From the NCBI RefSeq assembly GCF_009914755.1, contig NC_060935.1: a stretch of 64,000 bases of DNA. One strand, 5' to 3'. Position numbers and translations under genes: made by a program. Source of the stretch: the human T2T-CHM13v2.0 reference genome, Homo sapiens. The notes under the pieces are model-generated. The model saw only the letters and a list, made by a program, of their open reading frames with translations, ran no database searches and was not told the origin of the DNA. Positions 52,890 to 64,000 of this stretch are shown here, in pieces (within the stretch, counting starts at the first letter, position 1; each line of letters starts with the position of its first letter).

Positions 52890-53745
52890 ATTGAGCTGTA
52901 AAGAACTTGATTCAACAAGCAAAAAAAAACAAATAACCCCATTAAAATGTGGGCAAAAGACATAAAGAGACACTTCTTGAAATGAGACATACGACTGACC
53001 AACAAAAATATGAAGAAAATACTCAATATCAATGATCCTCAGAGAAATGTATATCAAAACCACCGTGAGATAGCATCTCACACTAGTAAGGATGGCTGTT
53101 ATTAAAAAGTCAAAAAGCAGCAGATGCTGGTGAGGCTGTGGAGAAAAGGGAACATTCACACACTGTTGGTGGGAATGTAAATTAGTTCAGCCACTGTGAA
53201 AAGCAGTTTGGAGATTTCTCAGAGAACTTAAAACACAACTACCATTGGACCCAGCAGTCCCATTACTGGGAGTATATTTAAAAGAAAACCAATTGTTCTA
53301 TCAAAAAGACATCTGTACTCCTATGTTTATTGCAGCGCTATTCATAATAGCAAAGACATGGAATCAACCTAGCTGCCCAGTGGTGGATTGGATAAGGAAA
53401 ATGTGGTACATACACACCATGGAGTACTATGCAGCCACAAAAAGAATGCAATCATGTTCTTTGCGGCAACATGAATGCAGCTGAAAGCCATCATTCTTGC
53501 TTTTTAGTACAAGTTAAATTTGGATACTCATGGACATAAAGATGGGAACAATAGACACTGTGGACTACTGGTGGGAAGGAAGAGAGGAGGCAAGTGTTAA
53601 AAAACTAACTATTGGGGTACTGTGCTTGCTACCTGAGTGAAGGGATCATTCATATTTCAAACCTCAGCATTATGCAATATATCCATGTGGCAAAACCTGC
53701 ATATGTACCCCCTGAATTTAAAATAAAAGTTGAAATTATTAAAAT
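52890..53745 (+). mobile_element. L1PA15/16- or L1PB-type 3' end
   Basis: ORF2 C-terminus DPAVPLLGVY..QKDICTPMFIAALFIIAKTWNQPSCP; 3' UTR ends gtaccccctgaatttaaaataaaagttgaaatt. Confidence 0.9.
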
Positions 53746-53911
53746 GAAAGAAAATGAAAAATACAAAATACTGGTTATTTTGCATATAAGTAAAATACTT
53801 TCATATTTGTAGTTAAAGGTGGTATTACATAATATGAAGATAAATAATATCCGTGCTACAAATCTAAAATTTTATTTTTTGAATTTAAAATGGCAGTTAA
53901 TTTGTCATAAA

Positions 53912-54075
53912 ATTTTTAACTTTTTATTTTGTAATAATTGTAGGTTCGCATGCATTTGTAAGAAATAACACAGAGATCCTGTGTACGTTTTACTCAGCTT
54001 TCCTAATGATCACATTTTGCAAAAGTATAATGTAATATCAGAACCAGGATATTGACATTGTTACAGTCAAAATAT
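53912..54075 (-). mobile_element. L1MC 3' terminal fragment
   Basis: aactttttattttgtaataattgtaggttcgcatgcatttgtaagaaataacacagagatcctgtgtac. Confidence 0.7.
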
Positions 54076-54246
54076 TTTTTCTCACTTTTTTTTTCTGAGA
54101 CTTTCTAAACCATGAATTCCATTGCATTAATAGTTATAGGGCTACTCAGATAACTTCACCTTATATCAAATGAGTTGTAGTAGTTTATATAATTTTGAGA
54201 AAGTGATCCAGTTTGTTTAAATTGTGTGAAAATTGATTATATGAAT

Positions 54247-54510
54247 TGAAGTTATCTTATCATACCTAACTAAATTAGAGTCAAGAGACCGGGGTGGAGG
54301 GGAAAACACTCAGGATACAATTGCCTTCAGAGGGATTATGCTGCAAGCCAGCTGCTGAAATGATCTGTTATTACCGTAAGACCAGTTTTACTTGGTAACT
54401 GTTGAAATAAACTGCCATGACAACAATAAACCATAATAAAATGCCATGACTGTTACTCACTCATCAGAGCTTGCTAGCTCTCAAAAACTTCACTAGTGCC
54501 AATGAATTAA
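54247..54510 (+). mobile_element. ERV1 (MER4-group) LTR fragment
   Basis: catacctaactaaattagagtcaagagacc...aaaacactcagg...ctgcaagccagctgctgaaa...atcagagcttgctagctc...actagtgccaatgaa. Subfamily not determined. Confidence 0.55.
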
Positions 54511-56271
54511 TCATAAATCTGAATACATTTAACTCCCTTGTTTATATAGTATTCTGAAATGCTTTAAAGTGTCCCCAGGGTAAATAATTACTCCTATGTA
54601 TTTCACCAGCATATCTAATATTTTCAACTCATACCTTATCTTTTACATTCTAGTGATACAGATACAAAAATACTTTTAAATTCCTCAGATTTGCCTTATT
54701 TTTTCTCACTGTCAATTTTTTTACATGACTTCGTTCTCTCTGATAAAATTCCCTTTTGGCTCTTCTCCTGGATATTTCATACTCAATCCTTTCTGGTCTA
54801 AGTGTCATCTAAAGTGATGGAAGGCACCAGGAAGTCTTCCTGTGTACTTTCAAAGTACTCTATCCCAGGTCGTTGCTGACTAAATTATAGTAGCCTGCTT
54901 AGCATTAAGTTAATCTCAATAGACTTTAAACTTAACGAAAGCGGGAAATTATATCTTATTTATTCTTCCAAATACGGGCCTAGACTGTAAGCATAGAAGA
55001 TTCAGTAGGTACAATATATCTCAATAGTGCATTCTATTATGAGCAAGTTGCAATTCTGGGTTTTTAATGATTTTTTAATACAAAAATTAGTTGTGCCCTG
55101 AATAGCTAAAAAATAAAAATACACTTTAATAAAATGTATTACCTGAAATATTTAGTTTGAGATAACAGAGCTGTCCTAATGACATATGTGGTCATTGCAA
55201 CACTTTTCTTTCTGCCTCTAAAAGCATTTTATTTGAGCAAAATCAGTTAAGAAAATACACAATAGACAAACTGGAAGTGAGGAAAGTTCAAAAGTGCAGA
55301 AAGAAAAAGGCTTACGCTTACGTGTAAGGAACAAGATGGAGAGGGGCCAGGAGGAAGAGATGGGATACATTTAGAAATTATATAGATTTAGTTCAAATTA
55401 GAGACTTTGGAAAACATTACCTGCAAACCTGTCTACCTTGTGCTGTGCAGAGTCAAGTAATAGAGGCAAAACGTTGACCAAATCGATCAGTCATTTTAAC
55501 TGGGTTTAATGGAGGGAGGACGTTCCTCATTAGAGTGGTCAATGATATCAATATTTCTTTAGGTGAACACTGTCTGAAGCTACAACATTCAGCTTCATAT
55601 GGCCATGATTCTCTTCATTTTGATATTAATAGGCATGGCTTTTATTCAGATGTCACTAGTCATCATATGTAAGCTCTTTTGATATAAGGGTGTGTGTTTG
55701 TCGGGGGAGGCGCTGAATCTGAACTACTAATTTAAATAAGCCATTTTGATTGCGGAATCTCAAGTAAGAATGTTGGTACAAATCTGAAAAAGCCTTCAAA
55801 TATTTAATACTAAATATAGATATTTTTTCTAATATTTGCCATTCAAGATCTCTGTATGTGCTATTTAACAGTGAGTGCTTCAGACAAATGGCCCCACTCA
55901 TTGCCTTGGTCCTTATCACTAAAATTGAAATAAACTGTGCTCTTAGATAAGTAAAATGGTGTTAGAAATGAAATTGCATTTCTAAACTACAATCATATTG
56001 GTCATCAATACAGAGTTGATACTCAACAGTAAATGGAATGATATATTAGCACATATATTTTATCAGTAGTTTCAAATTAGGATGTCTAGAAGAGTTACAA
56101 CAGGACAAGGACTATAATGTAGTCATTCTCTCCAGTCTTAACATTCGACTTCTTTTCTTTTTATGTACGTAGACTTCACTTATTTCCTACATGCCAATAA
56201 ATATAATATTTAAATCTCTTGCTCTGCCCTATCTGCATTTTTTTCGTTAGTTTCTTAAAAGGGCTTTAGTA

Positions 56272-56598
<327 letters not shown>

Positions 56599-56829
56599 TT
56601 ATTTTTTTAATTTTATTTGTCATAAACGAATTGTGGAAATTTTGGGAAATATTTTAACAGAATAAGGAAGAAAGAAAATACAGTATTAATAATATCTGTC
56701 AGTCTTTATGTATATATGCCTATTTGACACTGATACTGTTTTTTATTTACCATGGTTTTAAAAATTAAGTGCATACTAAGAATTTTTTCTCTTTTATTTA
56801 TTTTTACCATCTAAATTTATTACTTTATT

Positions 56830-59800
56830 ATAATTTTGATTGATACATAATAATTGCACATATTTATCAGGTACAGTGCAATGTTTCTATACCTGTATAC
56901 AATGTGTAATAAACAAACCAGAGTAATTAGCATATCTAGCCCCTCTATTTATCATCTCTTTGTGTTGGGAACATTCAAAATTCTCTCTTCTAGATACTTA
57001 AAAATATGGAATAAATTACTGTGAACTATATTCATTGTACAGTGCTATAGAACACTAGAACTGATTCCTCTTACTTAGCTGTATTCCTTAAGCAATCAAC
57101 CTGTCTCTATCCCCCCGCTCCCTACCCATCCTAGCTTCTAGCTACCACTATTCTATTCTTACTTTCTACTTCTATGAGATCAAATTATTTAGTTTTCACA
57201 TGTGAATGAGAATATGTGTTATTTCTCTTTTTGTACCTGGCTTATTTCACTTAGCATAATGTCTTTCAGGTTCATCTATATTGCCACAAATGGCAGTATT
57301 TCATTCATTTTTATGGCCAAATAGTCTTCCATTGTGAATATATACCACGTTTTCTTTGTCCATTCATCTGTTGATAGATGCTTACATTTATTCTGTATCT
57401 TGACTATTGTGACTAGTGCAGCAATATGGAAGTGCAGGTATTTCTTAGACATAATGATGTGCTTTTGTTCGGATATATACCTAGTTGTGGGATTGCTGGA
57501 TCATATGGTAATTCTGTTTGTAGTTTTTTTTGTAGGGGGGAGTCTACAAACTGTTTTGCATAATGGCTGTACTGATTTGCATTCCGCCCACCAACACTGT
57601 ATGAGAGTTCCCCTTTCTCTGCACCCTTACTAGCATTTGTTATTTTTTGTCTTTTTGATAGTAGCCATTTTAACTGGGTTACAGTGACATCTCATTATGG
57701 TTTTGATTTGCATTTCCCTGCTGATTAGCGATGTTGAGCATTTTTTCATATGTGTTGTCTATTTGTATGTCTTCTTTTGAGAAACGTCTATTCAGATAAT
57801 TTGCCCATTTTAAATTGAATTATTTTATTTTTGCTGTTGACTTGAGTTCCTCTATATTCTGAATGTTAATCTCTTTTTAGAGGAATGATTTGCACATATT
57901 TTCTCGCATTCTATAAGTTATCTCTTCACTCTTCTGATATTTTTCCTTTGCTGTACAGATGCTTTTTAGTTTGATATAATATATGTCTATTTTTGCTTTT
58001 GTTGCCTATAATTTTGTGGTCTTATCCATAAAATCTTTGCCAGAATGAATGTCTTGAAGAATTTCCCTATGTTTTCTTTCAGTAGTTTCCGGTCCTACCC
58101 TTAGGTCTTTAATTCATTTTGAGTTAATTTTTGTATATGGTGAGAAATAGGGATTTAGTTTTTCTTTTTTTCGTATGGATATCCAGGTTGTACAGGACCA
58201 TTTATTGAAGAGACTATGTTGTCCCCATTGTATGTTCTTGACACTGGTGTGAAAAATCAGTTAGCTATAAATATGAAGATTTATGTCTAAAATATCTATT
58301 ATTTTCCATTGGTCATGTGTGTGTTTTTATGCCAGTTACCACACTGTTTGGTTTTCTTTCTATTAATAGTATGTTTTGTAGCTTTCTAGTGTATTTTGAA
58401 GTTAGATACTCTGAAGATTTCAGCTTTGTACTTTTTATTCAAGATTGCTTTGGCTATTCAGAATCTTTCGTGGCTCCATATCAATTTTAGGATTGTTTAT
58501 TCTATATTTGCAAAGAATGTAATTCATATATTGATAAGAATTGTATGGAATATTTACATTGCTTTGGATAGTGTGCTCATTTTAACAATATTAATTCTTT
58601 TGATTCATGAGCATGGGATGTCTTTCCATTTGATTACATCCTCTTCATTTTCTTTCACTAGAGTTTTATAATTGTATCGAGAAGACTTGTCATCTGTTTG
58701 GTTATATTTATTTCTATTATTATTTTTTTTTTGCTATTGTGAATGAGATTGCTTTCCTGATTTCTTTTTCAGCTAGTTTGTTATTGGTGTATAGAAATGC
58801 TACTGATTTTTTTGTACATTGATTTTTCTATCCTGTAACTTTACTGAATTTATCAGTTCTAAAAGATTTTTGGTAACGTTTTTAAGTTGTTCGATATACA
58901 AGATCACGTCATCTGAAAAGAGGGACAATTGGCCTTCTTCCTTTCCATTTTGGATGTCTTTTATTTCTTTCTCTTGGCTAATTGCTCTGGTCAGGGCTAC
59001 CAGTACTGTGTTGAATAAAAGTGGTGAAAGTGAGCATTTTTGTCTTGTTCCAGTTATTTGAGAAAAGTTTTCAATTTTTCCCTATTCAGTATGATGTTGG
59101 CTGTGGGTTTGTTATATATGGTCTTTATTGTGTCTAGATATGTTTCTTCTAAATCTAATTCTTTGAGAGCTTTTATCATGCAGGAATGTTGAATTTTATC
59201 AAATGTTTCTTTCTGCATTTATTAAGATACTCACATGGTTTTTTCCTTTATTCTGTTGATGTGCTGTATTACATTTCTTCAATTGTGTATGTGTGATCAA
59301 CCTTGCATCCCTGGATAAATTACACTGAAATACGGTGTATAATCTTTTTTATGTGCTGTTGGATTCAGTTTGCTGGTATTTTCTTAAGGATTTTTGCATC
59401 TATGTTAATCAGGGATATTGGCTTGTACTTTTCATTTTTGTTACGCCCTTGTCTGGTTTTGGTATCAGAGTGATGCTGGCTTCACAGAATGAAAAATTCT
59501 CTCCCCTTCAGTTTTATACAATAGTTTACAAATAATTGGTTGTATTTCTTTCTTTTCTTTCTTTTTTTGAGACCGAGGCTCACTCTGTCACTCAGGCTGG
59601 AGTGCAGTGGTGTGATGTTGGCTCACTTCAACCTCTGCCTCCGGTGTTCAAGTGATTCTCATGCCCCAGCCTCCTGAGTATCTGGGATTACAGGCACCTA
59701 CCACCACACCTGGCTGATTTTTATATGAGCCAGACTGGTCTGGAACTCCTGGCTTCAAGTGATCCACCTGCTTTGGCCTCCTAATGTTGGAATTACAGGC

Positions 59801-60290
59801 CTGAGCCACGGCACCCGGCTGGTTTTAGTTCTTTAGCGTTTGGTAATATTCAGCAGTGAATCTATCTAGTCCCGGGCTTTTCTTTGTTGGGAGACTTTTT
59901 ATTACTGCTTCAATCTTAGTAGTTATTGGTCTGTTTAGGTTTTTTATTTCTTCCTGCTTCATTCTTAGTAGCTTGTTTGTGTCAAGGAATTTATCCATTT
60001 TCTCTAGGTTTCTCGTCTGTTGGCTTACACTTTTTCATAATATAATTTAATGATATTTTGTATCTCTGTGTTATTAGTTGAAATGTCTCCTTTTTCATTT
60101 GTGATTTTATTTACTTGGATCTTCTTTCCTTTTTTAATTATTCTAGCTAACTATTTGTCAATTTTGTCTATCTTTTGAAAAACCCAGTTTTCATTTTGTT
60201 GATCTTTTGTGTTTTTTAGTCTCTATTTCATTTATTTCTGCAGTAATCTTTATTATTTCTTTCTTCTTACTAATTCTAGTTTTAAGTAAA
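56830..60290 (-). mobile_element. L1MA element, ~3.2 kb (3' UTR plus ORF2 remnant), interrupted by an Alu
   Basis: Antisense L1MA 3' end ttgatacataataattgcacatattt..., followed by continuous antisense ORF2-like sequence (ttttgatttgcatttccctg, gtggtgaaagtgagcat, ggtatcagagtgatgctggc). Confidence 0.93.
59545..59820 (-). mobile_element. Alu with an internal deletion, nested in L1MA
   Basis: ttttttgagaccgaggctcactctgtcac...tttttatatgagccagactgg (linker/left-arm segment missing)...gcacccggct. Confidence 0.92.
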
Positions 60291-60799
60291 TATTTGTTAA
60301 GGTCATGATCTTTAATAGTTACATAACATTTTATCCTGTGGAATGATTTTTTTTTTTTAGGAATTCCCCTATTGTTTGGCTCTTATGTTGATTCCATTCT
60401 TTAATAAGAAAAAGGTATCCACTTATATAAATATTTGTTGCCTGAATATTTTTAAAAATGCATTCTATGAAGTCCAATCACAGAGACAGACTACATATTT
60501 TAGGCCACTTAATACATTTTGCAAATCTGTGTCCTAAAGTTTATGGTGGTGTATATTATTATTTATATATGAGCTTGCCCAACTTACTACATCTTTCCCA
60601 GAAAAAAAACAGGCATAAATTTAATTTTGCTTAATGAAGAAGAAAAAGTACATTTTACATATTTGTCATACTTATTAAAAATGTATATTTTTTCCTGTGA
60701 TTTTTCCGTGTATGTCCTGCAATAAAATTTCAATTAAGGTTTTCTAAATTAATCAATCCATTAACTTTTAATAAGATCCTTATATATTAATACAATTAT

Positions 60800-61272
60800 C
60801 ATGTGCAGAATTATCTACTGCCAACTAAATGCCATTTTCCCTCTTCTATGGGCTCCTCTATATACTGAGAGTTGAAAGCCTGGGAATTACATTTTCCAAA
60901 ATGCTTGCCAGCATGTTTTTGGATTTGATTCTAGCAATATAAAGCATCTACACAAGACTTGGAAAGTGCAATAGAAAGAGAAACCATTGTTCCTTCTGCT
61001 GCAGTAGCATAATAGGAATATGGTCTGACAGATGATGTGTAAGAAATGTTACCAAATGTTTCTGAATATTCTTTTGCAAATTACCCATTTTGATTCTGTA
61101 AGCAACTAATATTAAAATTGATGATATTTTGCAATCCCTGTGCTTCCTGATTTCCTAAGTACTGCCAGTTCTGACTTTCACTTCCCTAGCCTCTCAAATT
61201 TTTTATTAAATCCTACCGTATCTGAATTAGATCTTAGCTTTATATTTCCCCACATGAAATCTTAGTGATATG
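60800..61272 (+). mobile_element. Ancient ERVL-type LTR (LTR40/41-like)
   Basis: gttgaaagcctgggaattacattttcc...cttgccagc...ggatttgattctagcaat...caagacttggaaag. Confidence 0.45.
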
Positions 61273-61389
61273 TATTAATATTTATCTCAAATGTTTTCTA
61301 ACTTATATTTTAACTTTTACATTTTGTTAATAATTTTAAGAAAGTTGTAGTATTTACATGTGTAAATACTTAACACATTTTTAATTTAA

Positions 61390-63000
61390 TTTTTAAATTA
61401 AAAAATCTCAAAAAATGTTACCCATATAGTACAAAACTATATTTTTTTTAGCCTGAAGCATTTAAAATAAATTAGACAAACTGATGCTTCATTACCAATG
61501 AACACGTTGGCATACTTCTATAAGCAAAGACAATTTTCTAATATCCTTGTACATAGTATAACCATCAAAATCAGATAATGAACACTGATAGATTATGGGA
61601 ACTAATTCTCAAAATTTATTTAATATTCACCAATTGTCCCCCAAAATGTCCTTTAAAGCAGAAGATTCTAGTCTATAAATGTATGTTACATTTACTTGAT
61701 TATTCTTAAGTCTACTCAAATCTGAAATACTTCCTCAACTTTTTTTAACGCATGTGATTTTGATACTTTTGAAGATTGGAAGCCACTTATTTTATAGAAA
61801 GCCCCTCAGTTTCTGTTTGCTTGATGGTTCTTCATCAATAGATTATGCTTCTTTGGCAGGGATATCACAGAAGCATGAATGTGTTTTTTACCTATGCATT
61901 CTTACATTACATATAAGATACTATGTGGTTTCCATTCATTCCACCATTGGTGATAGTAACTTTAATCCTTTAATTAAGAGGTGTTGGCTAGACTCCTATG
62001 AATAAGATTTCTCTTTTTTCTCACTGTAATTTTGTGAAGGTACTTTGAAACTAGATATTAGTTTACTTCAAACTTTAAATTTCTCTTCAAACTTTAATTT
62101 TATTCACTTATTTATATTAGTATGTACTCACATATTCTTATTTTAATATTTGGGTTAAAAATCTTTATGCTCATTATTTATATCTCAAATTCCCCAAGAT
62201 TTGGTTAATAGAAGCACTTTCAAGATATTTTGTGTATCTTTTGGGAGTGTGTCTGTGGTTTTTGAACACTCCCTTACTGTCTGGCATGAAAAAAGTAAGG
62301 TTAGTTTTATACTTCCTCTGTCCTGGAACTGGAATCAGTCATTTCTCTAAAGCAGCAGTCCTCAACCTTTTTGGCACCAAGGACGGGTTTTGTGGAAGAC
62401 AATTTTTCCATGGGTAGGAGGTGGAGGGATGGTTTTGGGATTAAACTGTTCCACTTCAGATCATCAGGCATTAGTTAGTAGAGTCTCATGAGGAGCACAC
62501 AACCCATGTCTCTTGCATGCATGGTTCACCACTGGGTTTGAGCTCCCATGAGAATCTAATACCACAGCTGATCTGACAGGAGGCAGATCTCAGGAGGTAA
62601 TGCTTGGCTGACGCTTAACTCCTGCTGTGTGGCCCCACTTCTAACAGGACACAGACCAGTACCATTCTGTGGCTAGCGATTTGGGGACACCTGTTCTAAG
62701 GATGTTCTGGTTCATTTTGTCAATGAAATTTGGAAAACGAAAACTGCGAACTATATTTGTTTATTGTTATTAAGGTATGTTGTTCAAAATCCTCTCATAT
62801 GATAGAGCTAGGATATTACTATCTCTATCTCATGTCTACCAATATCATGTCAGTTAAAAATCACATGTTCACAATATCTCCAAACCAATCAATACCATAA
62901 GATTTGTTCTAGGTTTTTCTCTTTCTATAAGTGTCTCTTTCTTCTCTAAAATGGAGAAACCTGCCTTCCATTAGCCTGAAGATATTTACTCAATTGGTTG
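61390..63000 (-). mobile_element. L1MC-type 3' region, interrupted by MER1B
   Basis: accatcaaaatcag...caccaattgtcccc...gatacttttgaagattgg...tatagaaagcccctcagtt...cctggaactggaatcagtcatttctc. Confidence 0.7.
62353..62693 (+). mobile_element. MER1B hAT-Charlie element
   Basis: cagcagtcctcaacctttttggcacca...tgagaatctaat...gctgatctgacaggaggc...ttggggacacctg; imperfect 8-bp TSD ctctaaag / ttctaagg. Confidence 0.92.
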
Positions 63001-63517
63001 TTTCAAATGTTACTAACACATTCCTAACCCTACTCCAGCTCAGATACGCTACCCAGGGCTTCCATAGCTTCCCTCATTTGGTTACCTTCCTCATTTTGCC
63101 TGGGCTTCAGTACCATATTCTAAGCCACGCACCATGCCCTCTTTATAATGGTTAGTCCTTTGACATTCAGTGCTTGGCCACACTCTCACTCCCATACATG
63201 GAAGCCTTATGGGCCCCAACATCCTGCACTCAACTATCCTCCTGAATCCCACTCTTCACCATGAAGTTTGACATGTGATGGACAAACACTCTCTATTTGG
63301 GTTCTGACATGACTTGCTGGATTACCACGGCTCCTCAACTTCCACCAGAGATATACATCTTGCTTAGTTAGGACCAAGTAATGTTTTATTCTTTCATTAA
63401 TTTATTTTTAGACTGAATTTCTTTGGAATAGTAAGAGTATTACTTTATTTTCATTCTTGTCCATTTCAATATTAATTAGACACTCACAGTCTCTGTCTTT
63501 TAATTGGAGCATTTTGA

Positions 63518-63901
<384 letters not shown>

Positions 63902-64000
63902 TGATTTATTGGTAAATTTATGTGTTTTTCTTTTTTCTTTCATGATTATTAGCTATAATTATTTGTGGTGTTATTGTAGTTGTTGTTTTAATGGTTATAG

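Overview
AT-rich, CpG-depleted primate (very likely human) non-coding DNA, consistent with a gene desert or a deep intron. I find no intact protein-coding gene, RNA gene, CpG island or CRISPR array. Most longer ORFs in the six-frame track are explained by Alu, L1 or LTR sequence or low-complexity repeats, and I recognise no cellular protein in the short remainder. The window is a layered record of transposable elements: 13 Alus, many L1 fragments (L1PA, L1MA, L1MB, L1MC/ME), solo LTRs (MaLR, ERV1, ERVL), DNA transposons (MER5, MER81, MER47, MER2, MER1B, MADE1, Tigger3a), and MIR/L2/CR1 relics. Two decayed coding fossils can be read by eye: an ERVL-type pol (RNase H plus integrase) on the minus strand at about 41.8-42.5 kb, and an internally deleted Tigger/pogo transposase at about 21.2-22.5 kb split by a MER51 LTR. 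The most notable structures are a ~150-bp direct duplication 2.2 kb apart, a perfect 56-bp AT palindrome, a 348-nt pure pyrimidine tract that TSDs show grew from an Alu tail, a nested MER5 cluster, and a few weak exon and enhancer candidates. I see no convincing evidence of a novel biological system. Repeat family names come from my recall of consensus sequences, not a database search, so subfamily calls need RepeatMasker/Dfam confirmation.
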